Of a stretch of 61,941 bases of DNA, positions 40,029 to 48,831 are shown in pieces. Where the stretch lies: the NCBI GenBank assembly GCA_947259355.1, contig CAMYMF010000010.1:68356-130296 (forward strand), written 5' to 3'. Source of the DNA: an uncultured Nitrospirota bacterium (GTDB lineage: Bacteria; CG2-30-53-67). Under the pieces are notes generated by a model. It worked only from the letters and a program-made list of their open reading frames with translations, had not been told where the DNA came from and did no database searches. Position 1 is the stretch's first letter, and each line of letters starts with the position of its first letter. A program made the translations under genes and the position numbers.

Positions 40029-40601
40029 GTGGTCGACAAAGCGCGCCTTCGAAAAGAGACTCTGAAAAGACGGGATGCTCTCTCCGCGCGCGAGAGAGAA
40101 ACGAAAAGCGCCCAGATCGCCGAGCGCTTCTTCTCTCTGCCCGAGTACGCAAGCGCCCGAACCATCTTCGTCTATGCCGCCTTTCGCAGTGAAGTGCAGA
40201 CACAGAGCCTGATGGTAGAAATGCTGCAAGGCGGCCGGCGTCTTGTGGCTTCTCGGACCGACCCCGCCGCGCGGCGGCTCGCCCTGTTTGAGATCGACGA
40301 TCCTCTACAGGACCTCATCTCCGGCTACATGGGGATTCCCGAACCCGCGGCGGACGCCTCCCGGGCCATCGCCCTGGAGGCGTTGGATCTGGTCGTGACC
40401 CCGGCGGTGGGGTACGATCCGTCGGGGAACCGTCTCGGTTACGGGGGCGGTTACTACGACCGTCTTTTCGAGCAAGTGCGCGCCGACGCGCCCCGCGTCG
40501 GCTTCGCCTTCGAAGCACAGATCGTCTCAAGCATACCCACCGAGCCACACGACGCCCGGATCCCAATCATTGTGACCGAAGCCCGGGTGATCCGCATCTG
40601 A
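40029..40601 (+). CDS. ygfA: 5-formyltetrahydrofolate cyclo-ligase
   Basis: SEV, GIPEP, GNRLGYGGGYYDR, EPHD. Confidence 0.93.
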   Translation: MVDKARLRKETLKRRDALSARERETKSAQIAERFFSLPEYASARTIFVYAAFRSEVQTQSLMVEMLQGGRRLVASRTDPAARRLALFEIDDPLQDLISGYMGIPEPAADASRAIALEALDLVVTPAVGYDPSGNRLGYGGGYYDRLFEQVRADAPRVGFAFEAQIVSSIPTEPHDARIPIIVTEARVIRI

Positions 40602-40677
40602 AGCGATTTCGCGAAGCGGCGCGGAAGCGTCTTTCTTTCAAGGGGCCCAACACCGCACGGCCCGTGCCGTCAATGGA

Positions 40678-41592
40678 TCAGCTCAACTCGTGCTGAATCT
40701 TGCAGGCCTTCAGGGCGTTTCGCATCAGCATCATGTTTGTCACGACGCCGACGCCGCCTGGCACCGGCGTGATGGCAGAGGCCACGGTGCTGACCTCATC
40801 GAAGGCAACATCGCCGACGGTTTTTGTCTTCGGCTTTCCCTTGTCGTTGAGAACGGGGTCGCCTTGGTCGTCGAGCACTTTGACCCGGTTGATGCCGACG
40901 TCCACCACAACGGCCCCGGGCTTCACTTGATGCTTGCGAATCAGGTTGGGCACGCCCGCGCCCACGATGAGAATGTCCGCGCCGAGGGTGTGCTTGTCCG
41001 AATTGCCCGCCTGGGCCGTGAAGATATGTACGTTGGTGGTCGTCGCATTGCGGTTCAGACAGAGGAGCATGGCCGGTTTGCCCACGATATTGCTGTGTCC
41101 CACCACCACAATTTCCGCACCCTCAAATTCAATCCCCGCCCGCTCCAGGATCTCGACGCAGGCCGCCGGGGTGGCCGGGGCAAAGGTCACCTCCCCGAGA
41201 GTCAGCTTGCCCATGTTATAGGGATGGAAGCAGTCGATGTCTTTGTTGAGGTCGATGCTGTTGATGACCACGGAATCGGAGATCTGATCTGGAAAGGGCC
41301 GCAGCGGCAGGATCCCGCTTACCTTGGGGTCCTCATTCAATTCCCGGACGATCCCCATCACGTCCGTTTCGCTGGCATCGGCCGCGGGATTGGCATTGGT
41401 GTAGGCGAAGCCGACTTCTTCGCAGAACTTCTCCACCTGCCCCCGGTACATCTTCGCGCCGAAGTTTTCCCCCACCAACAGGGTGGCAATGCCCGGAGTA
41501 ATCCCCTTGCCCTTGAGGGTGTTGACTTCCTCCTGGATCTCCTGCTTGATCTCATTGGCAATGGCCACACAGTCTATGACTTTCGCCGACAT
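40678..41592 (-). CDS. folD: methylenetetrahydrofolate dehydrogenase FolD, probably monofunctional
   Basis: KDIDCFHP, PATP, SNIVGKP, VDVGIN, GDV, ITPVPGGVG. Confidence 0.93.
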   Translation of the reverse strand: MSAKVIDCVAIANEIKQEIQEEVNTLKGKGITPGIATLLVGENFGAKMYRGQVEKFCEEVGFAYTNANPAADASETDVMGIVRELNEDPKVSGILPLRPFPDQISDSVVINSIDLNKDIDCFHPYNMGKLTLGEVTFAPATPAACVEILERAGIEFEGAEIVVVGHSNIVGKPAMLLCLNRNATTTNVHIFTAQAGNSDKHTLGADILIVGAGVPNLIRKHQVKPGAVVVDVGINRVKVLDDQGDPVLNDKGKPKTKTVGDVAFDEVSTVASAITPVPGGVGVVTNMMLMRNALKACKIQHELS

Positions 41593-41750
41593 CTTCTCCT
41601 CCCTCCGTGCTGGACGGCGCAGCGAGCCCCCCCCCGCAGCCGTGCCGTCTGATTTCTGCAATCCCCCGGCCCCCTGGTGCGACCGGAAGCGAGCCTGGAT
41701 ATTGTATGAGTAATCGTCATGAGAGGCCGTAGAGGCGCCGCAGCCAAGGC

Positions 41751-41809
41751 ACAGAAGATTTTCTGGCTGAAGACATATTGCAATATTTCGAAGTCAGAAA
41801 ATTTTCTGT
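41751..41809. promoter_or_regulatory. nested palindrome array upstream of folD
   Basis: CAGAAGATTTTCTG (41752-41765), ATATTGCAATAT (41775-41786), CAGAAAATTTTCTG (41795-41808). Confidence 0.55.
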
Positions 41810-41870
41810 AACGCAGCATGCGGCAGCCTATCCGGCCTCGTAATAGATTTACTCAGGCAATATCCGGGCT

Positions 41871-42500
41871 TCATCCCATCTTCTCGTAGGTCAGGGCGAC
41901 CACCTCATCCCGCAACTGCCCCACCTCCCGGAGAACCTCCTGCACCCGCTGCCACTTGGCGCCCGTGAAGGATGGATCTCGAATCGCGTTGAGATTGATC
42001 TTGACGTTCATGGCCGCGGCCTGGGCACAGGCATCCGCAAAAAGCGCGGCCACCCCGGCATCGCTGACGGCCTGCACGTTGCCGATGGCCGCCGCAGTGC
42101 CGCTCAGACGGGCGACGCTCAGGGCCTTTTCACAGATCTGGAAGGGTACTTCGGTGGCCGCGCCCTTGAGTCCCTCCTGAATTCTGGCGGAGCGGATCTT
42201 CTTCTGCTCCTCCGTCTCCTTGGGCAATTTGTAGGCCTCGGACACGGCGGAGAAGGCCTCCGTGTCTTCCTGCACCAGGCGCTGCAGATCGGCGCGCACG
42301 GCTTCCGTATCCCGCAGCAGCGCATCAATGTCGCGCTGTACCGCCTGATACTTCTCTTTGCCCGTGGTGAGGTTTCCCACCATGCTGACCAGGGCGGCCC
42401 CCAGGCTCCCCACCAGGGCCGCCGCGCTGCCGCCGCCCGGCTCAGGAGCGCGGGAAGCGAGTTTGTCGATATAATGCCGCATCGGCCCGTCAAGATACAT
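41871..42500 (-). CDS. fchA: methenyltetrahydrofolate cyclohydrolase FchA (FTCD C-terminal family)
   Basis: PGGGSAAA, MVGNLT.GK, D..AF, GN..AVSD, NVKINL; promoter TTGACA-17-TATGAT at 42562-42590 (minus strand). Confidence 0.88.
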   Translation of the reverse strand: MYLDGPMRHYIDKLASRAPEPGGGSAAALVGSLGAALVSMVGNLTTGKEKYQAVQRDIDALLRDTEAVRADLQRLVQEDTEAFSAVSEAYKLPKETEEQKKIRSARIQEGLKGAATEVPFQICEKALSVARLSGTAAAIGNVQAVSDAGVAALFADACAQAAAMNVKINLNAIRDPSFTGAKWQRVQEVLREVGQLRDEVVALTYEKMG

Positions 42501-42778
42501 GAACTCCTCCCTGAATTCGGTTCGTTTGTGCGCAGGATACTAAAAAGGCTTGAAAGTGGGCATCATAATCTGCACCATGGCGCTTGTCAAGCCTTTTGGG
42601 CTTGAGGAAAGTGTCGGCGCGATAACGCCTAACCCCTGAAAAAGATTGACAGATTCGGCGCAAAACTGCTATAAACAAACAAGCCGGCGCCATCGGGGAT
42701 CGCCTGCATATCCCGCCATGGGGGGATGTGCAGGGAAACGCCGGGATTGGGCTCTACGCAAGGCAGGAACCGTCCCCC

Positions 42779-43294
42779 ATGAACAGCAACGTCCTGGTAC
42801 TGAACGCAAGCTACGAACCGATCAATATCTGCATGGCCCGCCGGGCCCTGGTGTTGGTGCTCAAAGGGGTCGCCATTTGCGAGGAAGCGAGTCCCCACTA
42901 TTTCCACTCCCCCACCCGCAAGATACCCATCCCATCGGTCATCCGTCTGCGCCATTATGTCAGGATCCCGCGCATTCGAGAGAAGCGCCCGACGAAGAAG
43001 AACGTCCTGATCCGGGACAGGAACATCTGCCAATACTGTGGAAAACGGGCGAGTCCATCGGAGCTGACCCTCGATCACATCGTCCCCAAATGCAAGGGGG
43101 GCAAAACCCGATGGGAGAATCTCGTCGCCTGCTGCCGGCGCTGCAATTCGCGCAAGGGCGATCAGGCCATGAAGGACGCAGGCATGTCGCTTCTGAAACG
43201 CCCCCGTGAGCCGGTCCACCCTTTCCAGCTTCATTTCTTTCGCGCGCGGGGCAACGTCCGGAAACGGTGGCGCAAATATCTCTACTACAGTTAG
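42779..43294 (+). CDS. HNH endonuclease family protein
   Basis: VLVLNASYEP, PSVIRL, RD..CQYCG, TLDHIVP, WENLVACC..CN..KG; promoter TTGACA-18-TATAAA at 42646-42675. Confidence 0.9.
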   Translation: MNSNVLVLNASYEPINICMARRALVLVLKGVAICEEASPHYFHSPTRKIPIPSVIRLRHYVRIPRIREKRPTKKNVLIRDRNICQYCGKRASPSELTLDHIVPKCKGGKTRWENLVACCRRCNSRKGDQAMKDAGMSLLKRPREPVHPFQLHFFRARGNVRKRWRKYLYYS

Positions 43295-43473
43295 GGCTCG
43301 CTCAGAAATACATTCACAATTTCGCATCCCGTCTTCGGGCCATCTTTCGTCGCGTCTTAATCACAAAATCCTCGAATTAGCGCTGCTAGTCCTGCGGTTT
43401 TGCTCAATCGGCGCAACAAAATCTGACCCAAATACGGGCGCGAATTCTGTGAATCTATTTTTGAGCGAACCCT
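43293..43473. mobile_element. 181-bp MITE/REP-like inverted-repeat element
   Basis: Left end AGGGCTCGCTCAGAAATACATTCACA matches the reverse complement of the right end, AGGGTTCGCTCAAAAATAGATTCACA, at 23/26. Core shared with 57677-57818. Confidence 0.65.
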
Positions 43474-43622
43474 TCGAAAGACGCAAAGACCTCTGCGGGC
43501 TTCGCCCAACAGGAAGCGATCGGCAGACCCAGCCTGCGTACCCGAATTTGTTTGTGCCGGGTCAGAATCTGATTGACAGACCCCATCCCTTTACCTTATT
43601 TTATCTCATACATCATGGAGGG

Positions 43623-44867
43623 ATGATGTCCAATACCACCAAGCGCATGCAGATCTGGCCGATTGCCAGCGGCAAGGGCGGCGTCGGCAAGACGCTGATC
43701 ACCGCAAATCTCGGCATCGTCCTGTCCCGCATGAATCTGAAAGTCGTGATTCTGGACGCGGACTTGGGCGCATCCAATCTTCACACCCTGCTCGGCATTC
43801 ATTACCTCAAACGCACCCTCAACGATCTGCTCACCGGCCGTTCCTCGGAGCTGTCCCAAGTCGTCGTGGACACCGAGTTTTCGGGTCTTCGCCTCATCGG
43901 AGGGAGTCGGCACCTGCCGACCCATCCGGAGTACGCCAGCCAACTCGCGCAGAAGATCCGCTCGGGCATTTACAAACTGGACGCAGACATTCTGCTGCTG
44001 GATCTGGGCGGCGGAATCGGCCCTGACGTTCTTGACCTGTTCCTGCTCTCCAATCAGGGGATCATGGTCACCACCAACGATCCATCCTCCATCCAGAACA
44101 CTTATCAGTTCCTGAAAATGGCCGTTTATCGGAAGATTCTCAAATCCTTTCCAAGCAATCCGCTGATCTCCTATATGATTCACTCGGCCACCCAGCCACG
44201 GAAAACAGATGCCATCCGCTCCATTCCGGAATTGGTCGAAAGGATCTCCCACGTGGACCATTATTACGCTGAGGTGATTCAGAATCTGCTGGAGAGGTTT
44301 TCGCCCCGCATGATCGTCAACATGGTCGACAATGTGGACGATGTGCGGGCCGCCCGCGTCGTTTCCACAGTGAGCAGCAAGTTTTCGGGAATTTCACCGA
44401 TCCTGGTCGGCACCGTTGGCTACAGCCCGGCCATCAAGAAGTCCACGCTAGGCCTGCGCCCCTTCACCCTCGATCCCGAAAGCAGCGTTGCAGCCGAGCA
44501 GCTCAATCTCATCGCGCGACGCCTGCTCCGCCCCGAAGACGCTGCGCAACCGACCGAGGCTGTTGAGAAAGCCCCCGCGTCGGAAAAGAAGGAAATCTGG
44601 TATATGGACAATGTCCTGCATGAGAACAGGCCCTTTCATGTCCTCACGGAAAAGCTGCAACAAGACGGCGCCGTGCAGACCTCCATTTACTCCAGGGGGC
44701 GCATCGTCTTTTCCCGCAAGCTGGTCTACTCAGAACTGACGGGCGGCCTCCCCGACGAAGGGGAACTGCAAAGAATCGTGCGCAAACAACACCTCACCGC
44801 CCTCAAAGGAATTGAGAGCGGGCGGCTTCCTCTGAAAGCCCAGAACACCCTCAAACCCCGGCGCTGA
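43623..44867 (+). CDS. MinD/FlhG-family ATPase with extra C-terminal domain
   Basis: ASGKGGVGKT, DADLGASNLHTLLG, LLDLGGG, SIQNTYQFLK. Confidence 0.85.
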   Translation: MMSNTTKRMQIWPIASGKGGVGKTLITANLGIVLSRMNLKVVILDADLGASNLHTLLGIHYLKRTLNDLLTGRSSELSQVVVDTEFSGLRLIGGSRHLPTHPEYASQLAQKIRSGIYKLDADILLLDLGGGIGPDVLDLFLLSNQGIMVTTNDPSSIQNTYQFLKMAVYRKILKSFPSNPLISYMIHSATQPRKTDAIRSIPELVERISHVDHYYAEVIQNLLERFSPRMIVNMVDNVDDVRAARVVSTVSSKFSGISPILVGTVGYSPAIKKSTLGLRPFTLDPESSVAAEQLNLIARRLLRPEDAAQPTEAVEKAPASEKKEIWYMDNVLHENRPFHVLTEKLQQDGAVQTSIYSRGRIVFSRKLVYSELTGGLPDEGELQRIVRKQHLTALKGIESGRLPLKAQNTLKPRR

Positions 44868-45033
44868 AGCGGAGGGTCGTCGGTCACTCCCCCTGGGGGC
44901 GAGTCGGCGCCTGCGCCGGCACAAAAGCGTTGACTTTGAACCGCCCATTTGGTAGCCTCGGTGCACGTTCGGTGGAGCCTGTCCCGACAGGGCGGCAGAC
45001 ACCGAAGCCCTATGAAAAATATACGGAAAATGA

Positions 45034-45741
45034 ATGGATATCGCGCGATTTATTCAGGCGGCGGCCGTCATGGCGCCGCCGATCATTTTTTCCATCATTC
45101 TGCATGAGGTGGCACATGGATGGGTCGCGGAGATGTTCGGAGACAGCACAGCCCGCCAGCGGGGCCGCCTGACCCTCAATCCGCTGCCCCATATCGACCC
45201 CATCGGCACGATCATTCTACCGCTGATCCTGATCGTCATGCGTTCCCCCATTCTGTTCGGATGGGCCAAGCCGGTACCCGTCAACTATCGCAATCTGAGA
45301 AACCCGAAGAAGGAGATGATCTTTGTGGCCGGCGCGGGCCCGGCCACAAACCTGGTCTTGGCCCTCGCAGGGGCCCTCGTCTATCACCTCATGATCATGC
45401 TCCATCCGCCACTGAAGCTGGTCTTCGAGATCTTCATCAGCACCCTGAATATCCCCCCGCTGCAGCAGGGCTCGCAGACACTCATGCTGGCAGTGCCGGT
45501 GGTTCTGATGGCCGGGGTCGCAGTCGTGATCAACGTGCTGCTCATGCTGTTCAACCTGATCCCCCTGCCCCCGTTGGACGGCGGACGGATCCTGGTGGGG
45601 CTGCTGCCACCCGACAAAGCCATGGCCGTGGCCCGGATCGAGCCCTACGGGATGATCATTCTGGTGCTGCTGCTCATGAGCGGTGTTCTCGGTGTGACCC
45701 TCTGGCCGCTCTTCCAACGTATCATTGACCTGTTACTGTAA
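45034..45741 (+). CDS. site-2 protease (M50 family)
   Basis: HEVAH, GRLTLNPL.HIDP, AGP..N, FNLIPLPPLDG. Confidence 0.93.
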   Translation: MDIARFIQAAAVMAPPIIFSIILHEVAHGWVAEMFGDSTARQRGRLTLNPLPHIDPIGTIILPLILIVMRSPILFGWAKPVPVNYRNLRNPKKEMIFVAGAGPATNLVLALAGALVYHLMIMLHPPLKLVFEIFISTLNIPPLQQGSQTLMLAVPVVLMAGVAVVINVLLMLFNLIPLPPLDGGRILVGLLPPDKAMAVARIEPYGMIILVLLLMSGVLGVTLWPLFQRIIDLLL

Positions 45742-45777
45742 CCTCTGCGCCTCAGACAGGAACCTGAAGGAAGCGAG

Positions 45778-46761
45778 ATGAGTCGACAACGCGTTTTGAG
45801 CGGGATGCGCCCCACAGGCAAGCTGCACCTGGGAAACTACTTTGGCGCCCTGAAGAACTGGGAGCAAATGCAAGGCACCTATGACTGCTTCTTCTTTGTG
45901 GCAGACTGGCATGCTCTCACCACCGATTATGCCGATACCGCGCACATACGGGAGAACACTCGCGACATGCTCGTCGACTGGCTGGCCGCCGGCATCGAGC
46001 CTGCCCGAGCCACGCTCTTCGTCCAGTCCCGGATCCCCGAACACGCGGTGCTGCACCTGCTGCTCTCCATGATCACACCCATCCCGTGGCTCGAGCGCTG
46101 CCCCACGTACAAGGAACAGCAGCAGCAGCTGAGCGGCCGCGACCTCTCCACGTACGGGTTCCTAGGATATCCCGTCCTGCAGTCGGCGGATATCCTCATG
46201 TACAAAGCGCACAAAGTGCCCGTCGGTGTAGACCAGCTCCCCCATCTGGAGCTGACCCGGGAGATCGCACGGCGCTTCAATCACTTCTACGGAGACGCGT
46301 TTCCCGAGCCGCAGGCCATTCACACGGAGGTCCTCAAACTGCCCGGCACCGACGGCAGAAAAATGAGCAAGAGCTACAACAACTGCATTTACCTGTCGGA
46401 CTCGGAAGAGGTGGTCCGACAGAAAGTGCGGAACATGATGACGGACCCCCAGCGCAAACGGCGCAACGATCCCGGAGACCCCGACGTCTCCCCCGTCTTC
46501 GCCTACCACCAGATTTTCACGAGCGAACAGGACGTGGCGCGGATCGCGGCGGACTGTCGGAGCGCCGCCATTGGCTGTGTCGACTGCAAGGGGGTCTTGG
46601 CGGACAATATGCTCCGCGCCCTCGCACCCATTCACGAAAGAAGAGCCCGGTGGGCCGCCGATCCCGACAGCATTGACGCCATCATGGCGGCAGGCACGGC
46701 GGCGGCCCGCACGGTGGCCGAGCAGACCATGGCCGAGGTGCGGGAAGCCATGAAGATATGA
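45778..46761 (+). CDS. trpS: tryptophan--tRNA ligase
   Basis: SGMRPTG.LHLGN, YPVLQSADIL, VPVG.DQ, KMSKS. Confidence 0.97.
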   Translation: MSRQRVLSGMRPTGKLHLGNYFGALKNWEQMQGTYDCFFFVADWHALTTDYADTAHIRENTRDMLVDWLAAGIEPARATLFVQSRIPEHAVLHLLLSMITPIPWLERCPTYKEQQQQLSGRDLSTYGFLGYPVLQSADILMYKAHKVPVGVDQLPHLELTREIARRFNHFYGDAFPEPQAIHTEVLKLPGTDGRKMSKSYNNCIYLSDSEEVVRQKVRNMMTDPQRKRRNDPGDPDVSPVFAYHQIFTSEQDVARIAADCRSAAIGCVDCKGVLADNMLRALAPIHERRARWAADPDSIDAIMAAGTAAARTVAEQTMAEVREAMKI

Positions 46762-46769
46762 GAAAGCTA

Positions 46770-46889
46770 GGGGTCAAGGGGGCGAGTGAAAATGCAACCC
46801 AGGAAACGAGGGGGCCAGGCATCTGCAGAAGCGCTGGAAGTCAATCACTTGAACCCTCGACCCCTGGAACCCTTGAACCCTCTTGAACC
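46770..46889. repeat. inverted repeat with a tandem 8-bp TTGAACCC-type array
   Basis: GGGGTCAAGGGGGCGAGTGA ... TCAC-TTGAACCC-TCGACCCC-TGGAACCC-TTGAACCC-TCTTGAACC. Confidence 0.7.
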
Positions 46890-46966
46890 AGTTCTATCAT
46901 AGAAGCACTGCTGCGAGAAGTATCGGGAATGACGAACGGCGCTTTGCCGCCAAGGAAGGCCCCCCT

Positions 46967-47743
46967 GTGTCCTACAAGATCAAGCTGAAAATGTTTGAAG
47001 GTCCCATGGATCTTCTGCTGCATCTGATCCGGAAACACGAAATCGATATCTATGACATTCCCATCGCCATGATCACCCGGGAGTATCTGGAGTACCTGGA
47101 TCTGATGAAGACGCTGAACCTCGATGTGGTCGGGGAATTCCTCGTGATGGCTGCAACCCTGACCCAGATCAAGTCGAAGATGCTGCTGCCACCCGAGCAG
47201 ACGGGAGAAGACGACGAGGCCGGTACCGATCCCCGGGAGGAGCTGGTGCAGCGACTCATCGAATACCAGAAATTCAAGGAGGCCGCCCTCGATTTAAAGA
47301 GCCAGGAGACTCTCTGGATCGACAGCTACGCCCACGGATCTCCGGAAGGCGCCAAGCAGGAGCAGGAGTTGGTGCTGATCAACCTCAACCTCATGGATCT
47401 CATAGGCGCATTCCACAATGTCCTGCGTCGCGCGGACGTCACGGACGTCCATGAAATCACCGTCGAGACCATGAGCATCAAGGAGAAGATCGCCGAGATC
47501 CTGGAGCTTTTGGAAACACAGAGCAGCGTCTGTTTCGAGGACATCTTTCCCGACGCCCCGTCGCGAGGCGAAGTGATTGTCACCTTTCTCGCCCTGCTGG
47601 AGATCATCCGCCTCCGTCTCGTTCGCATTGAACAGGCCGAGCGTTTCGGAATCATTCGGATCCGCCGAGCCGCTGCGGCACCCCCGCACGGGGATGCGCC
47701 GCCCCGGACAGCTTCGGAACATCCCTTGCCGGAGGAAACATGA
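46967..47743 (+). CDS. scpA: segregation/condensation protein A
   Basis: FEGPMDLLLHLI, EFLVMAATL..IKS.MLLP, VTFLALLE. Confidence 0.95.
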   Translation: MSYKIKLKMFEGPMDLLLHLIRKHEIDIYDIPIAMITREYLEYLDLMKTLNLDVVGEFLVMAATLTQIKSKMLLPPEQTGEDDEAGTDPREELVQRLIEYQKFKEAALDLKSQETLWIDSYAHGSPEGAKQEQELVLINLNLMDLIGAFHNVLRRADVTDVHEITVETMSIKEKIAEILELLETQSSVCFEDIFPDAPSRGEVIVTFLALLEIIRLRLVRIEQAERFGIIRIRRAAAAPPHGDAPPRTASEHPLPEET

Positions 47744-48450
47744 ACGAACGGGAATGCGTCCAGGTGGTCGAGGGGCTGATCTTCGCCTCGGAAACACCCT
47801 TGTCGCTGCAGCAGATGCATGCAATTCTGGAACCAGCAGGATTCGACACGAAAGCCATCAAGAAGGCCGTCGCCGACCTCGCCAGGAGGCTCGAAGAGAA
47901 CGGCTCAGCGCTGCAGGTCGTAGAAATGGCCGGGGGCTACCGTCTGGTCACCCGTAAGGAGCTGGGCCCGTGGATCCGCAGGTTGGTGCGGCCCCGCAAG
48001 GTCCGGCTCTCCAGCGCGTCCTTGGAGGTACTGGCCATCGTTGCCTATAAACAACCCGTGACAACGCCCGAAGTCGAAGCCATTCGCGGCGTCAACTCCG
48101 CGGGCGTCATGAAAACCCTGCTGGAGCGGAACCTCATCCGTGTGGCGGGGCGGATGGATGCCATTGGCAACCCCATCATGTATGCCACCACGCGGGAATT
48201 CCTGGAATACTTCGGACTTCGCTCCCTGAAAGACCTGCCGGCCCTCAAGGAGTTTCAGGAAATCATCGAAGAACGCGGCGAGGAGCTCCAGCTGATGGAT
48301 CAAATCGCCGCACCGTCAGCGGACGCGGGCAACACGGCCGGTGCGGCAGGCACCGGACCGGAGACTGCGAAGACCCCGTCCGGCTCATCAGAGCCTGCGG
48401 CCCTTGCCGGCGAAAGGACCGGTCTTCCGGAACCACCGGAGGAGGGCTGA
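47740..48450 (+). CDS. scpB: segregation/condensation protein B
   Basis: EGLIFAS, LS..SLEVLAIVAYKQP.T, IRGV, FL.YFGL..L.DLP. Confidence 0.95.
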   Translation: MNERECVQVVEGLIFASETPLSLQQMHAILEPAGFDTKAIKKAVADLARRLEENGSALQVVEMAGGYRLVTRKELGPWIRRLVRPRKVRLSSASLEVLAIVAYKQPVTTPEVEAIRGVNSAGVMKTLLERNLIRVAGRMDAIGNPIMYATTREFLEYFGLRSLKDLPALKEFQEIIEERGEELQLMDQIAAPSADAGNTAGAAGTGPETAKTPSGSSEPAALAGERTGLPEPPEEG

Positions 48451-48475
48451 GCCCGCCGATGGCATGCGCGGTAAA

Positions 48476-48748
48476 TTACAGGAGGATTCGGAGTTTCCGG
48501 CAGTGGTATTTGAGGACCACCAGACTGTTGTTCAGACGCTGCAAACGCATGTTGCGCTGCCGCACGGAGAGGTGGTCGGTGAGCGGCGGCATCTCCGCCC
48601 GGACCAACTTCTGGACCTTGATGAGGTTGGCGTAGAGTTCCCTGTAGTCCGACTCTTCAAACTTCTTGAAGAAAAGTGGATTGACCGCCACATAGCCTTC
48701 GGCGATGTCTTTCGCCAGGGCCAGGGGGTTGCCCCGGATGAATCCCAT
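48476..48748 (-). CDS. small hypothetical protein
   Basis: Fills the scpB-rluB gap on the opposite strand; GAGGGTG RBS-like sequence; globular composition. Confidence 0.7.
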   Translation of the reverse strand: MGFIRGNPLALAKDIAEGYVAVNPLFFKKFEESDYRELYANLIKVQKLVRAEMPPLTDHLSVRQRNMRLQRLNNSLVVLKYHCRKLRILL

Positions 48749-48831
48749 TGCGCCACCCTCACCGGTTTCTTTCGCAGATGGTTGTATGATAACATTGCAC
48801 CGTTCCTGCTGTCAAAAAGGTTCAGTCCCTC

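Noticed and set aside
42779-43294. HNH nuclease as a homing, defence or RNA-guided system
   Set aside because: It looks like the widespread standalone VLVLNASYEP-type HNH family; no methylase, intron, array or transposase is nearby. Its adjacency to element A may be chance.
43464-43530. c-di-GMP-I riboswitch-like string GCGAACCCTTCGAAAGACGCAAAG
   Set aside because: The 3' strand of the GAAA-capped stem is missing, and the 5' part belongs to the inverted-repeat element terminus.
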